Below, one piece after another: positions 24,501-35,860 of a stretch of 41,682 nt of DNA. The notes below the pieces were generated by a model. The model saw only the letters and a list, made by a program, of their open reading frames with translations. It was not told the DNA's origin and ran no database searches. Position 1 is the first letter of the stretch, and each line of letters starts with the position of its first letter. The translations under genes were made by a program, and so were the position numbers. Source of the stretch: Lenisia limosa (taxonomy: Eukaryota > Protista > Breviatea); NCBI GenBank assembly GCA_001655205.1, contig LPNZ01006180.1:1-41682 (forward strand). Reading direction: 5' to 3'.

Positions 24501-27500
24501 GAGCCGCCAAGGCAATGTTTGTCACTTCTGCAACAACTGTTGCGTCGTTCTCTGCCAATGCGGTTGGGGTGGTTTCTAATTCTATGGGCTCATATTCTCA
24601 CCAGAGAAATACAATGATTACCAATGATTCTATGTAAAGAACTGGTCTTAACTTATTTCACTTTGCAGCTTTCCAGTTTCCCAGGCATCAAAACCTTTGG
24701 TCTCTTTAGTGTATGTGGGGAGATTGTTAAAACCACGAATATAGAATGTAGAATAGCTTAGTCCTTGTGAACACTATAGGCGAGTTTGGTTGTGGTCAAT
24801 TTCATTGCTGTCTGCACATTCTTCCCAGTCATGTTAATTCATCATGAAGTCAAAAAGGCTAAAAAGAAGGTATGATACGCAAAAAAGGATTTCTCAAGTT
24901 TTTGCCTTTATCTCTGCCGACAATGATTCCAAACCTTGGCGTTTCTAACTCGGCATTTTAGGGTTCCAATGTTGAGCCTGTCAGAACACTCCAGCCATCC
25001 GAGCAACCAAGTGGGTCAATCCTTCGTTTTTTTTTTGTTTTAGCTCATTATTTGACCTTTGAAGTAATATAAATCTTTTTATATCTTAGATTTAGTTCTA
25101 TACTGAAGGTTTATTGCTATCATCATACATTTCATGCCCAAAACACTAACACTATAGATGCAGTGGGCACTAACCCCTACCCCAAGGAAGAAGCCTCCCT
25201 AAAAGTAGGTGGCCATATTTCCATAATCTCTTTACTGCTGTTTTCTTGTTTCTGACATGAAAGGGAATTGTGAAGTGGTTCCATGACAAATACGGACCCT
25301 TCATCACGAAATACCGTCTCTTCGTCCTTGTTCCCTTTGTTGTCGTCACTATCGCATTGGCATTCAAAGGTGTGGACCTACTGACTCAAGATGACCAGCA
25401 GTTTATGATGAAGTAACTGTATTGTCCCGTCTCAAATTGCAGCCAAGGATATGGGCCCGAATCCCGAGCCACCCCGCTTCCTCCCAGCTGACGACAACTA
25501 CCAAAAGGTTCTCCTCGAAATGCCTAAGTACTTCACGAGAGGTTTGAAGGGCTTCACTGGAGTCGAAATGCCTTTCAACATAGTTGATATTTTGAGTAAC
25601 GTGTAACCCGCACAGGTGGTGCGAAGTCATCAGTAGTCTTGAACTTCATTTTCGGCATGGATGCTGAGAGTCCAATCGACCGCTCCGGCACCAAAGAAAC
25701 CGACCCTGCTGACCGCGGCGAAATCAACTGGGACGCTGTAGGCTTAGTATACTTTGATGTCATCATACATAGTGCTACTTCACGAATACTGGATTGAAAT
25801 ATGGCTCTGACGTTTCAGGATTTTTCGCTAGCCAAGGGCTGTGACTGTTTGGAGCACATCTGCGCTGAGGCTGAAAAGACTAACACTGAACGCCTGACTA
25901 TTGGACCTCCAGAGTTCCCAATCTCGTGTTTTGCAGTCGAATTCAAAGTACGCATCTCTCATCTCTGTTGAAACATCATAAAGGGGTGTGGCGAAGGCGT
26001 TAACACCATCACGTGTATTTAATACTCTAGAAGCTGATACCCTTCTTAATCGAATAGAAATGGACGGTGACCGAGAAAGGACAAGCCAAATGGGACCTTA
26101 TTACTGGGGAATCTGCCGACGCAAATGAGTTCAATTCGCTGCTCGCTGAATGGCTGTCTAACGAAGCCATTGCTCAGGCCTGGGGCTTCTACCTGCATTA
26201 CGAGGTGGGTGTTTTTTTTGAACAACAAATATCAGGCTCTTCTTTCATGTCCCTGACTGTGTAGAACGTTGAAGGAACACAGGTTCTTCGCTACATTAAC
26301 TCAGAGTTGACAATAAACCTTTTGGATACGGTTTGTGGATACGTTGCCGTCATTTTCCAAGGATGATTTCGAAGTTGGAGTTGAAATGAACAAAGCATGG
26401 CAGCTGTTTATGCTGAACATTCTTGAAGATGAACAGTGCAAAAATGTTAAGTGAGTCAGCTTAGCTATTTAACAGCTCAGGGACAACATGAGAGGCTTTG
26501 TCACTGACAGATATGGAGCTATCCAATACTTCTATATCCAAGGTGAGAATGGGCTCCAACCTAGTTGTTTTAATGTTTAGAAAAGCTGATAGTTGAGGCC
26601 TTCACCGGAATCGGCTTAGCATTGTTTGCTGCTTTCGTTATTATTTGTTTGAGGGGTAATCTTTCTTAATCGCTGCTACGTTTCCTTTTCCTAACCATTT
26701 TAGTACTGTCAACCGGGAATATCATAGTGTCTTTTCAGGCTATTTTAATCATGATAGTAAGTGGTTTATGTAGTCAAGGAGTTAGCTTGTGATAGTAGCA
26801 TGCTCCTCTCTAGTTTCATATCCTTACCTAATATAGTGTGTTGTGAGTTGTGTATTGGGGACAGCCGTCCTAGCTGGTTGGCTTCTGGACATCATGGTAT
26901 CTGTCGGTAAGAGGGGAAATACGCATTCTTCGTTTTTTGCATCAATACGAAAGGTATTGACGGGTTCCAAGTTAAACTCTTCTCATTACTTACCCTGTAG
27001 TTCTCGTGATGGTTGTTGGACTTGCAGTCGATGCGACGCTTCATGTCACGTATGCCTTTTCTTCTTTTCTCCCCNNNNNNNNNNNNNNNNNNNNNNNNNN
27101 NNNNNNNNNNNNNNNNNNNNNNNNNNNNNNNNNNNNNNNNNNNNNNNNNNNNNNNNNNNNNNNNNNNNNNNNNNNNNNNNNNNNNNNAAGCAACAGGATC
27201 ACGAAAGGAGAGGGTCATAGAAGCTCTAACCCATATTGGGTAGGAACCATAATGTCTCTCATCCCCAGATTTCCGATTGTTTGCGGCACCTTGACCACAC
27301 TGTGTGCTATGGTATTCCTCTTCTTCCCTAAGTTCACTGTTTTTGCAATAGTAAGGCTCTGCCTGTGCTGGTCACCCCATAGTTCGGAAGTATCATCTTC
27401 GTGACCCTGGTCTTTTCGTTGTTCTTCGGCATCACTGCCTTCCCGGCCTTCCTGGCCTTGACAGGTCCTGAGAATAACACTGGTAACATCTACTGCTGCA

Positions 27501-27514
27501 AAAAGAATAATTAG
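21563..27514 (+). CDS. DISP: Dispatched-like / Patched-family RND transporter with a sterol-sensing domain
   Basis: Exons splice to MPEKEEGEA...WVVKNPRKGCIMACCTMCCLFPIICIVMGISFGSWFFNF (TM1), LELFWVAKNDEDVFSLDNLKHIKYVEDRIM...FKKIC, AVRTLIPLGLPLPDY, SSD region SLFLGSAGMAQIALCFFPAFLWYRLIF...IFNVLAVFIILGIGVDDLYIIL (GxxxDD, ~24240), second-half GLAVDATLHVTYAF (~27020), ending GPENNTGNIYCCKKNN-stop. One apparent single-base frameshift occurs near 22270. Confidence 0.88.
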
Positions 27515-27689
27515 CGTGGGTTTTTTTTTTCTTTTATTTTTGTTGTCTCTTGTATTATGTTATATTTTTTTTGAGTGAATTTGGAGACCAGCACAATACC
27601 AGCGAAATATATAGAAAGAACAAAAGTAAATAGAACTCAGAAAAAATGAAACAAGATCTCCCACCACGGAAGACCATCAAACAAAAGCA

Positions 27690-30600
27690 TCACCCAGTGG
27701 TGAAGCTAAGGGGGATGAAGCCCTCCACACCCTCTATCCGGGCCTTAACCCAGCCGTCAGTTTCGTTCTGTAATACAAATGAGAGGGTTTACAAGATCAT
27801 CATGAGAGGCATGGGGACATGAGTGTTCCGCTTACATCATCTATGAGATCAATTATGGTGCCTTTTGAGAATGGCAAAGTCCCTTCTCCGTCTCCCTCAA
27901 AGTCGAAATTAGCCTAAAAGTGTGTCAGTTTTATTTTCTTTGCAAAGAAATCGACTATGTCAGAAATGCCTTACATACCGTTACAGTTCGTACCACAGGG
28001 CCAGCCCCCAGAGCGAAAAGAAGTTCCGAAGACAGCGGCGTGTCAGGCTGGATATCGACGTTAATGGGCTCTTCGTCGAATTCTTCTGTAACCGTTTCGT
28101 TGTTCGACCTAAAAGGTCATCAATGCCATGTGTGTCGGCTACCGTTGTTCAATAAATAAGATTGGAAAGAATTGGAATAATCATATATCATATACTACAT
28201 ATCATATATTATGTACAACTATAGGATGAGATTTGTTGTGTGTATCACTAGAAGAATACCCCCCTCCCCCAGATCCACGCTGACATTGTTTCGAGGTACG
28301 GGGTCTGGGGGTCTTGGGAGATTTTGGGCTTCAGTTGGGGGGCTACGGGGTGAGAAAAGGTACTTGAATAGATAGGGAAAATGCTATTAGAAACAATAAT
28401 CTCAGAGTTGTAGGAAGAGCTTACGGGCAGTTGTAGGCTTAGGCTTATCTAAACTGGTTAGCATAGAGAATCCAAAAATGAAATGCTGACAATAGTGCTT
28501 TAGTTTTTGGAGCGAAATGCACTCACGGGGAATGTAGAGGCTTTGCATTCTGTTGGACTGAACTATATCGCGTTCCGGGATGGCCATTTTAAAAGCAGGT
28601 TCGTTGGGGTCGGGTTTCTCCTTGAAAGTTACATTGTGGAGCAAACGTTTATGTATTACATAGCCCATATCATTGTGATAGAGGTTATTGATTGATCAAA
28701 ATCATACCTCAACAGGGGTGAGAAGCATGACAGAGTCACAATCTCGGAAGGACTTATCGGAAAAGGCCTTGTATCGTTGGTGAGGCGCTTTCTTTTTGCG
28801 TCCAATGCAGCACTATACGTCAGTCAAAGGAAATAAAGGAAAGCTAGACTTATTCTCTTTTGGATTAGAGTACGAGAAACATTTTTGATGATAGATCATC
28901 ATTCTATCATCCTTTGAAACCTGACGCCGCACCCACCTTGATCACGATCACCAGGACAAATGCGGCAGCGAGGCCGCCGGCAATCCACTTCCAGGGTATC
29001 GACCTTCCCGATGACGTGTTATCCACAATGATAGTGGACTCCTCCGGGATAGGATCAATCAGATTGGGCGGCACGTCAGCATCTGGGTGTGGTAAATAGG
29101 ACAGCCAGGTTCAATCATATCATAATGATGTTCTTGATGCTGCTCCATGATATATATTGTAGATACCAAGTGTTCAAATATATTTCGGATATTGAAACGC
29201 AAAAAGAATAGGCGCTGATAGGGGCGAACCTGAGGAGAAGGACAAAAGGACGCGGTCATCAGAGTAGTGCACGCCGCCATCAAGAGATACGGCAATGAAC
29301 ACAGAGCGTGATGACGACATTTCGGGAAGAAAACAGTCGATTGTGGTTGGGTCATCTTTGGCATCCTCTTCTTTCACCTGGATAATAAGCGGTCTTCAAT
29401 CTCTTTTCAAAGGAAGTAGAAAAGAAAAAAAACTAGAGCGGTAATCCAGCTCTCACGGTGATTCGGCCATTTGTCACGATGTTCATCTCAGTATCCAAGC
29501 CATATCGGCATTTGATCGAAGGTTGTGCAATGTTCGTTAAACCGGTGCCGAAGATTTGGACCAAATATCTTGGGGAATGAGAAATGCGAATTATAGAAAA
29601 TGCTCCATTTAAATATGTACGTAAACAAAGCTTGACTGGAGGGGGAAAGCCCTGCAATAATAATGGGGGAAAGAAAGAAAGAAAGCCACAACCCGCGGAC
29701 TTGGTAGCATCGAGAGGGACGTTGTCGGGTTCCACAGTTGTCACCGATGGTAGGCCGTAGAGCTAAAGGGTTAATGACATACTGTCAGAAATAGCCCATA
29801 AAAATACGGCTATTTACCACTCACTGTGATTGCTGGCCCCTTTGCTCTCCTCCTTGAATGCGAAGGGAGGAGGTCATCCTCGGACACTGCAACAGTCTAA
29901 AGAGCCATAAGACAGCCTAAGCAATAACAGCATTCACCATCTATCACCGATAATGTTGACTCTGGTTTCATATTGTCCATTTTAACAATGTCAAAAGGCA
30001 CAGAATTAACAAGGTCTCTTTCAAACCTAGAAGAAATCCATTCCAGAGCTCACTCACATATTTGCCTTGATCGAGAACAGTCTTGACAGGGCAGCTAAGA
30101 CCCGAGGCCACCAGAGAGCAATCTCCGGATGAAACAGTTGCGGTGCCGAATACAAGCTTGTAGGTTGAGCCCGCCTTCGTCTCCAGCTCCACATCAACTG
30201 TCGTTGACTCTCCGACAATGAAGTACTGCGGAGTAAGAGATTCAAGGCTGGATATGAGCATTTTCCAAATCCTGAATCATATTACTGCTTTCTGGTATCT
30301 TTGGGACCATTGGGGAACCCTCATCAGAAGTAAACAAACAAAGAGCATTAGCTTCAAGAGAAGAGCATTCCTTCTGTTGCCCTACCTTTTGAGAAATGGA
30401 CGAGACTACTGGGGATACTTGAACCTCACCGGCTGGGTCCCTGCAGCTTCCAGCATCGCAGCTGAGTGGTCAGACTTTACTCTCTAACCACCCTCATAAA
30501 TGTAAATGTGGTCAATCCGATGCGTTGCACATTTGAATTATGCACATTTGAATTAAAAATGCAAAAAAAGTACAACCAAAGTAACCTACAGAAAGCTGGA

Positions 30601-33600
30601 GTCAAGACAATCCACGCCGTCGCTACATTGCGAAAGACACTCGGATCCTTCGGTGTTACAAGTCAAGCCGTGACAGCTTGTTGTTGGGCTAAAAGCGGTG
30701 ATGGTTTATGTCTGTTGCTACATTTGAACAGTGGACACAGTCTAATGAATAAAGTTTCCCCAAGGTCCCAAAAATAAAAGTCACGGAAGACAATGGGATA
30801 ATAGTAAAGCGTTTTAGAAAGCTCACGGAGGCGTGCAGGCGCCATTGACACAGAAGCTGTCGCCTGCAAAAGCTCCAGCGCTGCACTGGCCTGAACTGCA
30901 ATGAGATCCGTCTCCGATGGCTTGGCAGCGGCCAGTTGAACACGTCATGCATTTCTAAAGGCAATCAGTCGACCATCAAAGAGTGGATTCGAAGCAAAAA
31001 AAAAATGTCAAGAATGGAAGAAATAATGCTTCAGCAATATTGCCTCATTTGCCACACAAGGGTGGTTACCAGTTTGTAATGCACTGCCTACCCCGGTACA
31101 CGCAGTAGCACAGCAGACGCTGGAAATACAGTTTCCACTGGCACAGTCGTTGCTGATGGTGCACTCCCCGCCATCAAGCTGACTTGTGACAACAAGAAAA
31201 CAAAACCTACCACTTTGCCTTCGGGACATTCGACAAATTCGCAGCTTTGTGAGGAAGCAGGCTTGGTTCCGGAGCAGTGGAACGGGCTTGATAATCAGAA
31301 ACACAAGGTACAATACATAACCGTAATCATGGGTTGAAATTTGACGTGGTGCTTTAAGCCCAAAACGATGATAGTTGCTTACGATGACGCAGTTGAGCTG
31401 TCGCGAACACACGTTACGTCCCTTGTTTGCGTACGGCCGCCCCCACATGAGGGTGAGCATTCTGACCACTCGTACGCCTTCCATTCATAGACCACAGCTG
31501 GGTACGTGAGAAAATGGGAATGGGTTCTGTTGGAAAGTTATCTACTACTAAAAAAAATCAAAGAATTGACGGAAAGAAAACAGAACAGATATTCCCAAAA
31601 CACATCTTCACTTTTCTTCCATAAATCGACAAAATACTCGTTAAGATCAATGATTTGCTCGTCTTTATGTAACTACAAAAAGCACAACACGGACGCACCT
31701 TGACACTCCGGGACGGCACTCCAGGACCCGCTGTCACACACCATATCGGTGACGGTCCCATCCGGGCCATCGGAAGTACTGCGGAAGCCTAGAGATAAAA
31801 CGAAAACCATAATAGATTGGAGAGAGGTGATCTTGGGGAGGTGTTTGGGATGGAGCAAAGAACCATCACGAGCAGGTTAGACACAAACCAGTTTTGCACT
31901 GCACTTTGCAGACATGGCCATTGGCCACGAGGCCCTTGCACGTCGTTGTGGCGTGGGCTGGCGTATCGAACGTTTGACATGATGTCGGTTCTGCTTGAGA
32001 TCACACCAGTATTGGAATAATATTGGCTGATGATTGTTGGTATAGTGAGACCAGCTTGTAATATTCACTCCTCTCCTCAAACTTTCACAGACAATAGCTT
32101 CGCTCCAAAAGCCGTACTCCGTACACGTGACCTCCTTTGTTTTTATCACTTCGGTTCCCTGGAAAAGTCAAGACTCTACTGAAGAGCTGTCGAGCAAAGG
32201 GTTTCTGATGAACACGTAGATGACAATCACTCCCTCGGCGCCAACTTCGACAACAAAACCGTCATTGCAGGTGTAGAGACAGGTATCGCCCTCATCGGCA
32301 CCCTGGCACCCCGACGCGGGTGTCGAGTGCGTCCCATTTGGAGGCATACCACAGGTCACGTCTACATTCCATCACTCAGTAGTCCTTGTTGCTCTAAATA
32401 TGCCCGAATATCTCAAAAAAAAAATCCTCGCTAAACATTGATATAACCGTTTTGAGGCACATAACCCACCTACCGGGACAAGGGGTGGCGATCTCGGACC
32501 AAACTGACGTTTCCCTGGGGCACGTCGTCTCGCGATGTGATACATCTTCGGAACAAACAAACGTGCATGATCGTGGTGGTGGCCCAGAGGAGCAAGTCAA
32601 ACCCGCGGCCTATGCATATGAAATCTCAAGATCTGACACTTTCGAACCTCGATCGCTTTCGATATATGCTGGTCTTTTACCCAACCCCTACCTGACTGGA
32701 GCCATGAAGAGACGGCGGAGCAGGGCAGTCGGCACATTTGGCCTCATTACAGGACTCGCTGCTAATCTGGGGTTGGGGGGTAAAGACCACTTATAATTCT
32801 AGGGTTGGGGGGTAAAGACCACTTATAATTCTAGGGTTGGGGGGTAAAGACCACTTATAATTCTAGGGTTGGGGTGATCCATTAGTTCCTTTGAAAAACA
32901 AGGTGAAGCAATATTATGCTATGAAATATTTATGAGCTTACAGGCTTGTCATCAAGACACCTTGATTCGTCAACATCAGCACCACTTGCCTGACACGCCA
33001 CCTAGGAGGTTAAGGGGACTTCTCATCGGAGCAAAAAATAGACATCTAATTCCTTTGCTCTCCGTTCGACCCCCCCCCCCCCCCNNNNNNNNNNNNNNNN
33101 NNNNNNNNNNNNNNNNNNNNNNNNNNNNNNNNNAGTAAAAAAATATTTAAATAAAAATAAAAAACGATTTTGTGAAGTGTGTGAGCTTACCTTCCAAGTT
33201 CCGCACTCTAACGAGGCGCAGTTTTCGGAGGCACTGGGTTTGGAGTCTGCAGGGCAATTGGAGTTATCGACAACCTTATTATCATGGTCAAGGCAGGTGA
33301 CTGTGCGTGATTTAGTGCGTGATCCACAAGAGGGTGCGCAAGCTGACCATGGTGTTGTCTGAGGGAAGTGAAGGGATAAATGGAAGCAGGTCTTCCATGT
33401 TATTTCCTTTATCATAACCCAATCAGTGAAGTCAACTCATCACACCAAGAAACTTGAAAGCGTCATTCAAGTTTTTATCATTGATTATCTATTTACTCAC
33501 ATTCCAGGTGTAACACTTGGGAACGGTGCAGCTTTCAGAAGAAGACGGTTTAGCAGCCTGGCATTTGCTGTCTGCAACAACCTTGCTCTGTTGAGGGGAT

Positions 33601-35541
33601 ATCGGGTAAACAAAAATTCTGACTGTGACAAGCCTGTGAAATGCACAAGACCCAGGCCTACATCATGATCAACACATGAGACGCTGCGTGTTCGTTTCGA
33701 CACGCCGCATTCAGCATCGCACTGCCCCCATTCGCCAACCACCCAGTCCGGACAGACAAACTCTCTGCAGTTCTGCGAGGATGCCGGTTTAGTAGCGTCA
33801 CACTCCGAATCAGCAACAACAGTGTCCTAATATGATAAAACAATCTTAGCTCCAAATATAGATATTTTCAAATACAGACTTGAAGAATAATAAAAGCTTG
33901 GCTCACCGTGTGGTCTTGACACGTGACCTCCCTGGTCTGGGTGCCACCCTCACATTCTACTGAACATTCACTCCAAGCTGTCGTCTATATTTGGTGACTA
34001 TTAAGGGGTGACAAACCCTCCAGCTGGGACAGTCGAACGTGTTACAATTTTGGGTCGTTGCTGGTTTGGCAGTTGTACATTTCGAATCCACAACAGTGTT
34101 ATCCTAAAACTGTCAGAGCAGGATTGACCTTTGATAGTTTTCTTGAAATCACCTGTTTGGGTGGACATACATATATCAGTTCATAAAGCATCTTGAAAAT
34201 AACTTAATGAAATCATGTAATAATGCATAACAAGTAACAAAGGCAAACCTGGTAGTCCTTACATACGACACTCCTGCTCTGGGTTCCACCTGCACAATCT
34301 TTGGAGCATGCTGACCACTCCCCAATCTAGAGAATGATCCCGTGTGTGTGTATGTGGGTAATGTTAGATTTATTTGTACTTCAAAAACCAATAGATACTA
34401 ATATAAACGTGTTAATATTCGACTACTATTCACAATAATCCTTCAATAATAAAACAAAGGAACTTCAACACTGCTGCAATTATGATATGAGATGATAATC
34501 ATATGTATTCAAAGGACCTGATCAACAATTCTGCCCACCAGCCAATCCGGGCAACTAAAGGTGTTGCAGTCGTCAGATGAAGCCGGCTTTGTAGCCGTAC
34601 ACTGACCATCATCCACCTGGTTGCCCTCATAATCTTCACACCAAACCTAGACAATAACATTATGTTCAGAAAAGGACAAATTCCTACATTTCTCGTTTTA
34701 GTACCTCCATCACACTCTTTGCTACACACTGACCAGAAGTCCGTCTAAACAGTAACCTAGACGACATAAAGGCTGAACCAACCTCCCATGTGGGACAAGC
34801 AAACGCATTGCAAGCTTTCAATGCTTCCGGCTTGGAATCCGCACATTCAGTTTCAGCAACAACTTCATCCTAATCGATTACACAAAAAAATAATTTTGAA
34901 GTTCTGTTTACCTCTGTATTTTGGAAAAGATTTATCTTTTTAGTCTCAAAACGTATCAGCTGACAGGATAGATTTATTTTTTTAGTCTCAAAACGTATCA
35001 GCTTACAAGATAGTTTTGGCATGACACAGTTCTTGTACTGGTTCCAGTTTCACACGGTTTGGAACAGACGGACCAGTCGGTTGTCCGCCACGTGGGACAG
35101 GCGAAAGTGTTACAGTCCTTGGTTATGGCCGGCTCAGGGGCGGGACAGAGGTTGTCAGCCACTTGCTCACCTTCGTCATCTAAACAGTATACCTTCAACG
35201 GTCAACATTTTTGCTTACAGTACTAATACCAATAGTAGCTAGTTTTNNNNNNNNNNNNNNNNNNNNNNNNNNNNNNNNNNNNNNNNNNNNNNNNNNAGAC
35301 CAGAGCGCATACTAAGAGGTGACATATAAATCCTGTATCCCAAAAAAGAAGGAACTAAAATAAAAAGAGAAACCCCTTCTCAGTGAAACCAATCCATTTG
35401 CATTACATCCAACTCACACTCCACGAGTATGCTGAAGCCTGGAAAGTGAGAAAGGTAATAAAATAAAGTCCTTCCACTTACCTGTTGCAATGTTAGCGAC
35501 AAAAGTAGAAATAGAAGTAGCTGGAAACCCCTTCGGAGCAT
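27690..35541 (-). CDS. Type I membrane receptor: signal peptide, TSP1 repeats, Sushi/CCP-like modules, TSP1, Cys-rich repeats, IPT/TIG, TM, Pro-rich linker, cytoplasmic SH3
   Basis: Signal peptide MLRRGFQLLLFLLLSLTLQQASA (ATG 35541). At least 7 readable TSP1 motifs (e.g. WSVCSKPCETGTSTRTVSC, WSACSKDCAGGTQSRSVVC, WSECSVECEGGTQTREVTC, WSECSPSCGGGRTQTRDVTC). Sushi-like CGMPPNGTHS...GDTCLYTCNDGF and CDSGSWSAVPEC. Cys-rich CASGNCISSVCCATACTG. IPT-like YGLPSVTTVEP...IFGTGL...IKCRYG...DCFLP...VSLDGG. TM WIAGGLAAAFVLVIVIK (28940-28987). SH3 ANFDFEGDGEGTLPFSKGTIIDLIDDNETDGWVKARIEGVEGFIPLSF (27690-27915). Confidence 0.85.
32769..32874. repeat. 32-bp G-rich tandem repeat (about 3.3 copies), telomere-like and G-quadruplex-prone
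   Basis: The unit gggttggggggtaaagaccacttataattcta starts at 32770, 32802 and 32834, with a partial copy at 32866. It abuts the 3' splice site of an intron of the minus-strand receptor gene. Confidence 0.92.
34929..35012. repeat. 42-bp tandem duplication spanning an intron 5' splice site
   Basis: gatttatctttttagtctcaaaacgtatcagctgacaggata followed by gatttatttttttagtctcaaaacgtatcagcttacaagata. On the minus strand this gives tatctt|gtaagc followed 42 nt later by tatcct-gtcagc. Confidence 0.88.
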
Positions 35542-35860
35542 CTCAATCTACATGAATACGTGGCAACCCAATATAAAAAAAACAACAATAGAATTAACTT
35601 TTCTGACTTTTTACTCTTGATTAATAAATACCTTTGGTATTACGTATATTTCCTTCTTACTACAGCGAAAGAGGGGTGTGTATTTGTTTTTTTTTTTGTT
35701 TTTGTTTTTTGTGTTTAAAAATTGATAATATATAGACCCCAAGTGGGTCTAATCCGAATCGTCTGATTTTTAATCCGAATTGGTACCCCGAGGTACCCTG
35801 TTTAGCATTTAAAGATTTTTTTTTCATTTTTTTTTTTCATCCTACCGCTTAATATTGAAG
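35542..35860. promoter_or_regulatory. Putative bidirectional promoter between the receptor gene and peroxiredoxin
   Basis: 319 bp separate the divergent ATGs. The interval contains a palindrome agaccc-caagt-gggtct (35734-35750), taatccgaat twice (35750, 35771) and ggtacc twice (35782, 35792). Confidence 0.4.

Noticed and set aside
30526-30555. 15-bp tandem duplication tgcacatttgaatta x2
   Set aside because: A short intron-interior slippage product that does not touch a splice site and has no evident consequence.
32769-32874. 32-bp repeats resembling a CRISPR array
   Set aside because: The units are contiguous with no unique spacers, there are no cas genes, and the context is a eukaryotic intron.
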